Shown here: one piece after another, positions 1 through 9,818 of the stretch
Position numbering within the stretch: position 1 is the first letter of the stretch
Layout: every line of letters begins with the position of its first letter
Source: a virus
Taxonomy: Duplodnaviria > Caudoviricetes
Length of the DNA stretch: 27,848 nucleotides
Strand: one strand, 5' to 3'
Virus record (IMG/VR): IMGVR_UViG_3300012953_000167
Coordinates: 1 to 27,848 of that record
Translations under genes and position numbers: made by a program
The notes under the pieces: model-generated
The model's database searches: none
Seen by the model: the letters and a program-made list of their open reading frames with translations, nothing else
What the model was told of the DNA's origin: nothing

Positions 1-525
1 ACTAACTTGATCCCATCCACCCATTTCGTCTTCAAGTTCGAATAGTTCACATTTTAATTCATAAACATAATTTTTTCCTAACTGATAGAAAGGATTTTCA
101 TGTTCTACAAATTTAATTTCAAATAATCTCTTACCTAATGGGAAATAAATTAAATCACCTTCACGAGGTCTAGATGTAACTTCGACTTCACTATCAGGTA
201 AACCTTCTAAAAATGGTGAAATAAAATCTTCAAATCTTTCTTTTGATATTGTTACTATTAATTCATCCTTTAAACTCATACCAAATTTAGTCATTATATC
301 ACCAGCACCACTATAACCCTCATATGTATTAACATATGCTTCTATAGCAAAATTATCAGTAAAAGTAGAAGATTCTAATTCAGTAAATAAACTATCCTTT
401 TTAACAATTCTTCTAGGTAAATACATTACCTCGACACCAAAAATTGACAATTGCTCATTTATCAAATCTTGAACAAGTCTTTGCTCACTTTGAGAACCTT
501 GGAGAAAAAAGGGATTTAATGCCAT
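1..525 (-). CDS. gp14: Neck / head-completion protein gp14, 3' end outside window (not in ORF track)
   Basis: Hand translation from ATG 525-523 (TAATG overlap with the gp13 stop) is open to base 1: MALNPFFLQGSQSEQRLVQDLINEQLSIFGVEVMYLPR...MTKFGMSLKDE...RPREGDLIYFPLGKRLFEIKFVEHENPFYQLGKNYVYELKCELFE. The P-x-EGDLIYFP, FEIKFVE and PFYQLGK motifs are characteristic of T4 gp14, and it lies directly after gp13. Confidence 0.95.
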   Translation of the reverse strand, partial: MALNPFFLQGSQSEQRLVQDLINEQLSIFGVEVMYLPRRIVKKDSLFTELESSTFTDNFAIEAYVNTYEGYSGAGDIMTKFGMSLKDELIVTISKERFEDFISPFLEGLPDSEVEVTSRPREGDLIYFPLGKRLFEIKFVEHENPFYQLGKNYVYELKCELFELEDEMGGWDQVS

Positions 526-1370
526 TATCCTATCATATCTAATGGTGGTAATTCATATTCATTATTTAATTTATCTCTAATAAATTCTATTTCTCTTTCT
601 GCATCTTCATACATTTCTCTAGCATTAAATTCAATACCACCTGGAAGTTTTACACCTTTAAATTTAAGTAAATTTTGTGCCCATTGTCTTTTAATCAACC
701 CAGTTAAATATGGTTTTATAAAACTATCATTATAAACATCAGTAAATGTATTAGGATCTAAAATTCTCCAACAATCAAGAACTATAAAATCATCTACAGT
801 TTGAGCACTCCAATCTATATCCATATACAATCTATCTTGCCTTTTATTAAATCTTATTTGCTTATCTGTAGTTAATAACATATCAATATCTTCAAGATAA
901 GATTTAGTCATAGAATATTGCATTAAATTAATCGAATTAAAATAATACAAATCATTTAAAAATAATTGATATTTGATACTAAACATGCTACCTGAAATTG
1001 AGCTAGTATCAAATTTAAATACCTTTTCTACACCAATTATAGAATCTGGAACTTGTAAAAAATTTGAATTCTCATACCAATTAGAAGTAACAGTTCCCAT
1101 TCCACTAACATTTGTAGAATTTGCTGTTGTAGTTACAATACCTACACCAGATGTACCTGATGCTTTTCCTCTATCAATATCATCTTGACTAATCTTATAT
1201 TTAAGATACATTCTTTCAACACCATCAAAATGACGTTCATTAAATAATTGAAACGCATCATCGACTAAATCATCTATTTGATCATCATCTACATTTATTT
1301 CTAATACAGGAGCACCAAGTCTTCTTAAACAATAATCCACTAATGATTGTCTACTATTTGGTTTTGCCAT
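525..1370 (-). CDS. gp13: Neck protein gp13 (head-tail adaptor)
   Basis: 281 aa. The N-terminal LVDYCLRRLGAPVLEINVDDDQIDD and C-terminal IKRQWAQNLLKFKGVKLPGGIEFNA...PPLDMIG are recognisable T4-like gp13 motifs. It is adjacent to gp14. Confidence 0.95.
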   Translation of the reverse strand: MAKPNSRQSLVDYCLRRLGAPVLEINVDDDQIDDLVDDAFQLFNERHFDGVERMYLKYKISQDDIDRGKASGTSGVGIVTTTANSTNVSGMGTVTSNWYENSNFLQVPDSIIGVEKVFKFDTSSISGSMFSIKYQLFLNDLYYFNSINLMQYSMTKSYLEDIDMLLTTDKQIRFNKRQDRLYMDIDWSAQTVDDFIVLDCWRILDPNTFTDVYNDSFIKPYLTGLIKRQWAQNLLKFKGVKLPGGIEFNAREMYEDAEREIEFIRDKLNNEYELPPLDMIG

Positions 1371-1738
1371 CAGAATGATCCCCCATCTATTTGTGCAATG
1401 TCACCATAATATGTAACAATACCAGATTTTGCTGTAATAATTCCAGAAGAAATTTGTACATTAGTAAGTGTACTTATTCCAGTTACATTTAAATTCGGAA
1501 GTGTACCAACACCAGTAACGGTTACACCAGTCAAAAATGAACCATCTCCACGATAAGATGCTGCAGTTATAATACCAGAAACATTTAATGAAGAAGTAGT
1601 AGTGATACCAAGAGTAGTAATACCAGATACAACTAAAGAATCAGTTACTACATTTGTAGTACTAATACCACCACTTACACTAGTTGCAAGAACTTTTATA
1701 GCATCTGTTTGTCCTACTCTTACTTTAATATCAGCCAT
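1370..1738 (-). CDS. Short Gly/Ser/Thr-rich fibre-like virion protein
   Basis: 122 aa with repeated L-x-V-[ST]-G-I-x-T units, a Y-x-GDGS-x-LTG fibre motif and a C-terminal IDGGSF. Coupled to both neighbours (TAATG at 1738, TGATG at 1370). Function is inferred. Confidence 0.7.
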   Translation of the reverse strand: MADIKVRVGQTDAIKVLATSVSGGISTTNVVTDSLVVSGITTLGITTTSSLNVSGIITAASYRGDGSFLTGVTVTGVGTLPNLNVTGISTLTNVQISSGIITAKSGIVTYYGDIAQIDGGSF

Positions 1739-2082
1739 TATCTAGTTACCCCTTCCCTAACAAGAACAGATCCCTCAACAACTCTATCTTTAACACCAGA
1801 TGAAGTCTTAGTAAGTAAAATGTCATAAAGATATCTACCAGACTTTAAACTATTTGTCTGAGTTGGTGTTAATGATATCTGCACTTTTCCATTTGCAGCA
1901 TCAACAATTGCTGCAGTAAAATCAGTTTTTGAATTACTTCCAGCATGTTTTCTAATTTGTGCATCTACAGTAAAACCAACCAATGATTTAGGTCCAGAAT
2001 CATCAGATGCTACCAAATCGAATATTTGACTAAATGTGGCTCCTGCGTTAAGTACAAGATTAGATACATATACCGCTGCCAT
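1738..2082 (-). CDS. Small beta-sandwich virion protein (BppU-N / T5 p132-LtfC-like fibre-anchoring domain)
   Basis: 114 aa with the pattern GATFSQ-x-F...AQIRK...F...G-x-V-x-ISLT-xx-QT...GRYLYDILL...RVVEG-x-V-x-V, recalled from phage collar/adaptor beta-sandwich domains. Preceded by a late-promoter motif. Family assignment is from memory, not a search. Confidence 0.65.
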   Translation of the reverse strand: MAAVYVSNLVLNAGATFSQIFDLVASDDSGPKSLVGFTVDAQIRKHAGSNSKTDFTAAIVDAANGKVQISLTPTQTNSLKSGRYLYDILLTKTSSGVKDRVVEGSVLVREGVTR

Positions 2083-2107
2083 CTATCTTAATAATAAGTT
2101 CTCTTAG

Positions 2108-2114
2108 TATTTAT
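2108..2114 (-). promoter_or_regulatory. Putative T4-type (gp55) late promoter core ATAAATA
   Basis: Minus strand reads CATAAATA (7/8 match to TATAAATA). It overlaps the TAA of the 68-aa ORF and lies about 25 nt upstream of ATG 2082, in one of the few intergenic gaps. Confidence 0.65.
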
Positions 2115-2317
2115 GACTTGTTTATACCACTAACTAGATATTTTAGAGCATCTTTAATTTCATCAATATCTTTTCGGATATCACTTAATTCTCTATCTCT
2201 TTTTTCTCTAGATTTTAATGATTTAAGATATTGGTCATATCCAATATCATCACAATTGAGTATTGCTCCAGTATTTTCATCTCTATATAGGTTTGAATGC
2301 CCTTCAACTTTAATCAT
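2111..2317 (-). CDS. Small hypothetical protein with C-terminal coiled coil
   Basis: 68 aa with an ATGA overlap with the 2499-aa gene. N-terminal KVEGHSNLYRDENTGAILN is followed by the heptad pattern LSDIRKDIDEIKDALKYL. Resembles small ORFs that follow DUF4815 genes in cyanophages (recall). Confidence 0.8.
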   Translation of the reverse strand: MIKVEGHSNLYRDENTGAILNCDDIGYDQYLKSLKSREKRDRELSDIRKDIDEIKDALKYLVSGINKS

Positions 2318-5300
2318 CTTACTGCAATAGTTCGAAGTTGTCTTATTCTTGGAGATTCTGCCTGATTAGTTCCAGACATTACTATTTTAATAGTATATCC
2401 TATAAATTCTGGTAAATTATCAGCAGTGTATTGATACTCTTTATATTCATTTTTCAGACTAGGAGTAACAATAGAATCAGATCTACCATCATTTTTAATT
2501 TCATCTACAACAATATCCCCAAATCCATCTTCATCATTATCAATAAGATTTTTATATCCTGGGAATAATTGGAATGTTTCTTCAATCTCACTAGAATCAG
2601 TTTTAATTAAATTATAAAGAACTCTAATATCAGAACTAGAATGTCTGTAAGCATTTAATAAAACTCTTAAAGAAGTTCCTGGTTTTTTCAACCTAACAGT
2701 ATTTGAAACATATACTGCTGCATGAGGATCATCTAAAATAGAATTTACTCGACCATCAATATCATAATTATCAATTCCTACTGGATTATTCAATCTACTA
2801 TTTACAAATTCAATTTCTGATGTATTCCACCATATTATTGGAGAAATATTTTTATCAGATGTTGATAATGTTAAAGCAGCAGTAAATGACTTATTTCTAG
2901 GTAGATTTGTTAAATACTGATTTTCATTAGTTTTAGAAGCAACAACACGTACACTATCCAATTCATTATAAGAATTTATTTGTATTGGTTCATATCCATT
3001 ATCATCAAATGAAGGTTCTAACCCAGATACACTAGTACCAGTAACAGTTCTTATACTACCACTAATGTTAGTAGTAGCACCATTTACTCCTGTAGGTGTA
3101 TCTACATCAAATCTTGGAACTAATGCACTATAGAGAATATTTTTTGATGCTTTAACATTTGAACCACCAACTTCAGAATTATTCTTAAATGATAATTGTG
3201 GTATATTTGTGGTGTCAATATTCCTACTAAGTCCATTTTTCTCTCTATTGAATGAAACATAATAATTATCCAAATCATCATTATTGATTGTTAAATTGTC
3301 AATCTCAAATCTTCTCAAAGAAACACCACCAACTTCATGCTTCTTAACTACAATCCCTTCAGGATGTTGTATAGCAATTGTACCATCAACACCTCTCTTA
3401 TTTCCACTAACATTTGCTATATTCAATACACCATTACCAACATCTTGGTATCCAATAATTTCATTTTCAATTTTAACATATCCAGTATTTGCAACACCCA
3501 CTTCAACTCCTTCAAATTTAACAAATTGTGATGTAGATGCAACACTAATTGTTGCAGTTTCATTTTGACTCAATGGAGAACTTAATGTTGTTGGTGATAC
3601 ATCAGTTTCAATATCATCCAATAAAATCTTATTTGTATTTGAATGCATTCCATGATTAAATTGATTTATTGAAAAATAATTTCCAGAATTAACACCACCA
3701 TTATTAAAATTATTATTAGATAAAATTGTTGTAGTTGCAAGAGAAACAACATTATCATTATTATCAAAATACCTTAATGTATATCCTACTGGATATGATG
3801 ATGATTGTCCTTGTATATCGGTTAAGTATAGTGTATCAATACCACCAGTTTGAGTTATAGTAATTTTAGCACCTATACCCTGACCATTATAAACGGTACT
3901 GGTAACAATACCAACAACATCACCAACTTTATATCCTGTTCCATTTGCAGGTAATGTAGCATTAATAGAAGTTATTTCACCATCAGAATTAACACCATCA
4001 ATATTTAATTTCAAACCAGAACCTTTTCCAGTAATTGCAAATGTATCAACTTCAGAATCTATAACATATCTAGAACCAACATCAGTGATATTAACTGAAG
4101 ATGCAAAACCTCCAACATCATCAATAACGGAAGTACTGGTAAGTTTATTACCACATATTTTTCTACCACTAGTTAATATTGGAGATAAAATGTTATAATT
4201 AATCGAATCAGCTGTAGTTATTGTTTTTATACCAATAGAACCTGTTTTGGGTAATATATTAAGTGGATTATTTCTTAATGTCGGAACAAATCCATTACTT
4301 TCATCTAAATCTGGATTTGTGAAAAATGCAGTTCCAGATAAAGATGTAAATTCTGCTTTATAAAGCTTAAATGTCATATCCTGTGATTGGTCTTCAGTCC
4401 ATAAAGCACCATTCTGTGATTTAAATATTGAACCTGAACCATATTGGGAAGAATATCTAAGTATAGCACCATTAGAAGCACCTGGAATTGATTGTGGATT
4501 AACCGCAACATCACCATGTCTACCTGTCCATACTGTATAATGAACACTTCTTTCTGCTAAAAGAACTACTGCATAAGATTTTCCTGCTTCCAAATATATT
4601 GGTTCTGGGAAAGTAAACTTAGTTTCTTTACTTGCATTATCAGGATCAAATTCTATGTTGTTTACAGTATTGCCATTTGCATCAGTTTTTGTTGGGTATA
4701 AGGTAACACTTTTCCCTTTAATTATTCTAGAGGGTCTAGCATCCCCTACAACCTCTCTAATTTCACATCTAACTGGTGTTGATGTAACTGTATCAATAGA
4801 GGCAAAGAAGACCCCTACAGAGGTGATAAAGGCACCATTAAAATCATCATTACCATTAAGTGCTGAAGGTGCTAAAATATTTCCACCAACAACAAATGTT
4901 TGTGCTAATGGATCAGTATATTCTGCTCTAACAGTTTCTCTATTTCTTTGAGTAACTGTTACACTTCCATTAACAGAAGCATTAACATTAGCATTGATTG
5001 TATTTGTATTGGTTGTTATAGTAACATCATTCTGCCATTCTTCAACTGTACCTATAGCAGTATAATTTGTTTGCCCTATAATAACGTTTGGATCTTGTCC
5101 AGCAGGAACCTGTCTATTTTCAGAACTGGTTGTTAATACAAATGTTTTAACACCAGTATTAATTTTAAGAGATGGTGAAGGTTGAGCATATGGATTTTTT
5201 AAGAATAATGAACCAGTTAAATCACCATAACTATCTGTTATTAATTCTAAATTTTTAACATAAGCAGTTGCTCCAGATTCCTGTCCAATCAATCTTGAAT

Positions 5301-8300
5301 TTCTATTAACATATCCAAAGTATGAACCTTGAGCTTCTTCTGCTAATGAACGAGTATCAACATTGATAAATTTAGATGTTGAACTATATTCTGTAGGAAT
5401 AGTATCTACACCACGAGAATATGGATCTGATGGATATATTGAATCTGGATTATTCCATCTACCTGTCTTATGATCTGGACGATTTATTCTAAATTTCATT
5501 ATAACATTACCATCACTATCTAAAGCATGTACTTCTTCACCAATCGTAAAGGAACCAAGTGAACCTGATATAGATCCATTACTTTCAGTAGTTATTTGCA
5601 ATAACTTAGGAATTACATCAGTTATCTCTTGACCATCCATATACAAATATAATCTTGTATATTCTGGATATCCTGATGATGTATATTGAATATTTCTAGA
5701 TCTTATAAAATCATCAGTTGCTGATGATATCAATCTATTTTGTGAAAATGTATCAGTATTACTAAGTGTTAAACTATCACTACCTGATAATTGCAATGTA
5801 CCTGTAGAAGTTGAGCTATCACTACTTTCTCTAGTACCTACAAATTGACTACTTGGTGGATCAACAACGGTTCTATTGGTAGATGTATTTAATGTTATAT
5901 CACCCAAATCTAAATCACCAGCAAGTGAAATATTAAGATTATCAGTTCTATTAACACCACTTTGTCTTATGACATTATCTTCCAATTGAATACTTCTTGT
6001 CCAAGTATCTGTTTGAGGTTCTAACTGAATATGACCACCTATAGCAGGAAGTTCATATGGGTTTACATTTATTATTTCTGTTGCATATACCTGAGTAAGC
6101 CATTCAACTTCTTTATATTTTAATGTAATAGCATCACCAGTTTTTTGTACATTACCGTCAAATAATTCATAATTATGCCCCAAATCCAATTCAGAACTAA
6201 TTGTAGACTCTTTTGGAGATGGTAATAGAACTAAAGTATCTCTACTTCTAAAAGGTGTTATTTCTTGTGCACGACTATTAACCGATAATGATGATAATGA
6301 TTTATTGATTAAAGAACTATCTTTAAAACTATCAACAAAAAATCCAGATTTAAATCTATTTCTTCCTTCAGAATCTTGAATTTGTAGAGATTGTGCGCTA
6401 GATTCCAGTAAAGATAATGTTGTAACTTCTTCTAGATTAGAAACTCTACCTTCTATAGATCCAATATCTCTCATAGTAAATCTTTTATTATCAACAAAAG
6501 ATAGAAAAGCATCTTGAGGATTATAAAGATATGGTGGCAATTTAATAGTTGCCAATTCCATTATATTATCAACTCTAACAGGAGATTTTGGATTAGGTGA
6601 AGATTGTCCTTTCTCATAGACAAATTCTCCAAATTTATTCAAATAAACTTTATCTATTCTTGGAAGATAATAACTATAACCCAAAATAGAACTTTCATTA
6701 GGAATAATATATTGTGAAATAGAATTTGAAAAATCTCTACTAGAAAATTCAAATGGTGACCCTGTATTTACACTTGGATTGTATGCAGGAACTCTTGGTC
6801 TAAAATCAATAGTATCTGTTGCTCTAGTATTATCTACTCCAATATTAGGAATATCAGTCGAATATCTATCAATATCATAACTTGCAGATGTAAATACATC
6901 TCCCTCATCACCATTTTTAACAGTATAGTAATCAACTACTATTAATAATTGACCTGAAGGTTCTTTAGCATTTTTATTCCTAACAATACTAGAATAATCA
7001 TAATATTGATCCTTTTGACCCTTATTTAAAGCAAATGAATTTGTAATATTTTTATATAAACCAATATCAATATTCTCTATATTTGTAGTAATAGAAGACT
7101 CTGTAAAAGATACACTATCATTAATTGAGAATTTATCTGAAGTTAAATAAACAACAGCTAGATTATTTGCTGATGGTTTAGAAACTATTCTAGCAATTAC
7201 ATTATTATTATTTCCATATATATTTTCACCAATAATAGCATTTGTTTGAACATCAACGGTACTTGTAAATTGCAATATATCTAATGTTGGTGTATTACTA
7301 TCAATAGATTCATAAACTGCTAAGAACTTTGAAACATCTGGATAATTTAATGATATATCTTCATCCTGTACTCTTAATCCATATCTTTTATCATATGTAA
7401 GTCCATCTGCAACAGCAGCAGCACCATTTCCAACAGAAACTGAACCAGATTTTTTGTACTTTGAATAAGTAACGTTAATAACTTCACTTCTATTATAATC
7501 TTTAAGTTTACTTTTAATTCCTTTTTTATTAATAGATGTATTAACTAAAACATTAGTACCATCGGTTAAATTAGTTAAAGTAATCTGCTCTCCACTATTT
7601 TGATATTGGAAACTATCAGTATTTAAAGATCCTATAGTACCATTACTATAATGTACAGAATATCTTTCTTGATCAAATGGTTCAAATGTTGCACTATCTA
7701 TTTCAGAATATTGTGATCGAACATTAGAAATTGTTATTGTTGAACTATTAGTAGCAATAGTTCTTCCTGTTATTTGTTTTGTAACTTTTAAACTTGAATT
7801 GTCAAGATTTATAGTAGAAACGTTTTTATTTGCAAGTGGAGCATGTAATATTCCATCACCACTAATGATAGGTGCACCTGCAAACATAGAAACTTGATTT
7901 ATATCTGTTGTTGGTAATAAACCATTAGTAACACCACTAATACTTTCAACTACAAGACATGTTCCACCCAACCCAACAGATTGAACTTTATTATATGTTT
8001 CATTTATTTCACCCGGCTTAATATATCTAACAGTACTACCCTTTCTTAAACCACTAAATGGAATTCCTCCTGATGTGACAGTTGAAATTCCACCACCATT
8101 AGATTCTATTTTAACAGTAACTACATTATTAGGCAATCTAAATTTTTCTAAATGTGAATTAGCTTTAAATTCTGGATATCCGGAAGAAGTCAGTTGTTTT
8201 ACAGATTTAATACTTTGCGTACTATATGAAGTAGATACACCAACAATTCCTGGATAATCAATACCGTTAATTTGTATAGGTTCTCCTTTAACAAAGTTTC

Positions 8301-9813
8301 CTGATGTTTGATTTAATATTATACTTTTACTATTACTACCATCTTTAATTGAATATCCACTAGAATTACTATACTTACCCTTAACATAAGATCCTTTTGG
8401 TAATTCTGATGCACCAATAGATTGATTTAATGTTATTTCGGTATTTGTTTGAATATCAAATAATCTTAAATCCCAAATAGTTTCATTATCACTATAAGCA
8501 GAATCATGCAAATTAAATCCATAAGCCCTTGCACTGCCTATATTATGTCCAGTAGAACCAAAATCGCTGTATAATTCTACAATTCCTCCTTGTTTTGCTG
8601 AACCAGAAACAGTATTAACTTTTAATATACTACCCATATTAAAATTAACACTAACATCACTTCTAATACCAACATCTCTTGGTTTTTCAACATCAATTAT
8701 TGTACTTCCTACCTTTTCAACATCATAACCTCTAACATATGCTTTTCCTGCAGAAACCCTTAAACACATCAAATCATCAGAAGGTGTATTTAATTGTTCA
8801 GTCTTATCAGTTTTAAAATACAATCCACCATTTCCCAAATTATCATTTAATGAGTTATGTACTGAAAAACTGAAAGGTTCTGTTGTATAATTACCAGATT
8901 CATCATATGTTCTTTCTGCTATCCAATCTCTAACTATATTATATTGACTTTTAGATTTTAATAATTTAATTTTTCCATTATCAACTCTCATTAACTCAAC
9001 AAAATCAGTATCATTTTGATCTGTAAGTAATTTTTTAGTAAGAGTTAAATTAATTTTTAATCTATCTGCACCAGGTGCTGCATAATTGGAAAATCCCTTT
9101 GCATTATCATACAAAGTATCATCATCTTTTGCACTAACTAACAATTCATCAATCCTTAATCCTACTCGATATGATGGATTATTTGTATAGTAATCTAAAA
9201 CTAATGTTTGATCTTCAACATTTACAAAATATCCTCTAATAAAGTAAACTCCCTTTGAAATATATGCTGCAGACCCAGTTTTAGTTGATTGTGAAGAAGT
9301 TAATGATGCAAAAGGTATACCCGCATTGATTGTGGTATTACCATAAGTAACATTTTCAGTACAACTTAACTGTTCTCCATCAGTAAATGATGACAATTGT
9401 GAATCATTACCAGAACTTAAATATGTTACATATATTGTTGTATCATATACATTAGTATTATCAATAAATTCAACATGTTTTATAGTGGCTGTTATCCCAG
9501 AAACCTGCCCAACTATTTTTTTACCTATAAAACTTTTTATATAGACAGATATATCCGTACCGTAATTTACTGATTTAAGTTTTACTGCTCTAAAATTACC
9601 ATCATATGCAATTCCACCAGGAATAACAACAGAACCATCTTTAAAAATATTATTACCAAAATTCTGTACTTGACCTTGTAGAATAGATTGTGAAGTTGTT
9701 AATTCTCTAGCCTGTATTGGAAATCCTGGTTTATATAATACTTTATAATAATTCTTTGAAGAATCAAAGTCATCGTAATATGGACTTACATTTAAATTAG
9801 TTTTTTGTGCCAT
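2314..9813 (-). CDS. Large virion structural protein, DUF4815 / VrlC-like (probably baseplate-associated)
   Basis: 2499 aa with the motifs NLNVSPYYDDF, LYKPGFPIQARELTTSQS, DNAKGFSNYAAPGADRLKI, RTYDESGNY, YYLPRIDK, NKRFTMRDIG, RFKSGFFVDSF, DPLAQTF, GSIFKSQNG-x-LWT and terminal PRIRQLRTIAV, typical of this myovirus family. It follows gp8. Confidence 0.85.
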   Translation of the reverse strand: MAQKTNLNVSPYYDDFDSSKNYYKVLYKPGFPIQARELTTSQSILQGQVQNFGNNIFKDGSVVIPGGIAYDGNFRAVKLKSVNYGTDISVYIKSFIGKKIVGQVSGITATIKHVEFIDNTNVYDTTIYVTYLSSGNDSQLSSFTDGEQLSCTENVTYGNTTINAGIPFASLTSSQSTKTGSAAYISKGVYFIRGYFVNVEDQTLVLDYYTNNPSYRVGLRIDELLVSAKDDDTLYDNAKGFSNYAAPGADRLKINLTLTKKLLTDQNDTDFVELMRVDNGKIKLLKSKSQYNIVRDWIAERTYDESGNYTTEPFSFSVHNSLNDNLGNGGLYFKTDKTEQLNTPSDDLMCLRVSAGKAYVRGYDVEKVGSTIIDVEKPRDVGIRSDVSVNFNMGSILKVNTVSGSAKQGGIVELYSDFGSTGHNIGSARAYGFNLHDSAYSDNETIWDLRLFDIQTNTEITLNQSIGASELPKGSYVKGKYSNSSGYSIKDGSNSKSIILNQTSGNFVKGEPIQINGIDYPGIVGVSTSYSTQSIKSVKQLTSSGYPEFKANSHLEKFRLPNNVVTVKIESNGGGISTVTSGGIPFSGLRKGSTVRYIKPGEINETYNKVQSVGLGGTCLVVESISGVTNGLLPTTDINQVSMFAGAPIISGDGILHAPLANKNVSTINLDNSSLKVTKQITGRTIATNSSTITISNVRSQYSEIDSATFEPFDQERYSVHYSNGTIGSLNTDSFQYQNSGEQITLTNLTDGTNVLVNTSINKKGIKSKLKDYNRSEVINVTYSKYKKSGSVSVGNGAAAVADGLTYDKRYGLRVQDEDISLNYPDVSKFLAVYESIDSNTPTLDILQFTSTVDVQTNAIIGENIYGNNNNVIARIVSKPSANNLAVVYLTSDKFSINDSVSFTESSITTNIENIDIGLYKNITNSFALNKGQKDQYYDYSSIVRNKNAKEPSGQLLIVVDYYTVKNGDEGDVFTSASYDIDRYSTDIPNIGVDNTRATDTIDFRPRVPAYNPSVNTGSPFEFSSRDFSNSISQYIIPNESSILGYSYYLPRIDKVYLNKFGEFVYEKGQSSPNPKSPVRVDNIMELATIKLPPYLYNPQDAFLSFVDNKRFTMRDIGSIEGRVSNLEEVTTLSLLESSAQSLQIQDSEGRNRFKSGFFVDSFKDSSLINKSLSSLSVNSRAQEITPFRSRDTLVLLPSPKESTISSELDLGHNYELFDGNVQKTGDAITLKYKEVEWLTQVYATEIINVNPYELPAIGGHIQLEPQTDTWTRSIQLEDNVIRQSGVNRTDNLNISLAGDLDLGDITLNTSTNRTVVDPPSSQFVGTRESSDSSTSTGTLQLSGSDSLTLSNTDTFSQNRLISSATDDFIRSRNIQYTSSGYPEYTRLYLYMDGQEITDVIPKLLQITTESNGSISGSLGSFTIGEEVHALDSDGNVIMKFRINRPDHKTGRWNNPDSIYPSDPYSRGVDTIPTEYSSTSKFINVDTRSLAEEAQGSYFGYVNRNSRLIGQESGATAYVKNLELITDSYGDLTGSLFLKNPYAQPSPSLKINTGVKTFVLTTSSENRQVPAGQDPNVIIGQTNYTAIGTVEEWQNDVTITTNTNTINANVNASVNGSVTVTQRNRETVRAEYTDPLAQTFVVGGNILAPSALNGNDDFNGAFITSVGVFFASIDTVTSTPVRCEIREVVGDARPSRIIKGKSVTLYPTKTDANGNTVNNIEFDPDNASKETKFTFPEPIYLEAGKSYAVVLLAERSVHYTVWTGRHGDVAVNPQSIPGASNGAILRYSSQYGSGSIFKSQNGALWTEDQSQDMTFKLYKAEFTSLSGTAFFTNPDLDESNGFVPTLRNNPLNILPKTGSIGIKTITTADSINYNILSPILTSGRKICGNKLTSTSVIDDVGGFASSVNITDVGSRYVIDSEVDTFAITGKGSGLKLNIDGVNSDGEITSINATLPANGTGYKVGDVVGIVTSTVYNGQGIGAKITITQTGGIDTLYLTDIQGQSSSYPVGYTLRYFDNNDNVVSLATTTILSNNNFNNGGVNSGNYFSINQFNHGMHSNTNKILLDDIETDVSPTTLSSPLSQNETATISVASTSQFVKFEGVEVGVANTGYVKIENEIIGYQDVGNGVLNIANVSGNKRGVDGTIAIQHPEGIVVKKHEVGGVSLRRFEIDNLTINNDDLDNYYVSFNREKNGLSRNIDTTNIPQLSFKNNSEVGGSNVKASKNILYSALVPRFDVDTPTGVNGATTNISGSIRTVTGTSVSGLEPSFDDNGYEPIQINSYNELDSVRVVASKTNENQYLTNLPRNKSFTAALTLSTSDKNISPIIWWNTSEIEFVNSRLNNPVGIDNYDIDGRVNSILDDPHAAVYVSNTVRLKKPGTSLRVLLNAYRHSSSDIRVLYNLIKTDSSEIEETFQLFPGYKNLIDNDEDGFGDIVVDEIKNDGRSDSIVTPSLKNEYKEYQYTADNLPEFIGYTIKIVMSGTNQAESPRIRQLRTIAVR

Positions 9814-9818
9814 TTTCT

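Noticed and set aside
2083-2107. Small inverted repeats (ctta/taag) in the intergenic gap
   Set aside because: 4-bp A/T-rich stems are expected by chance, and there is no U tract.
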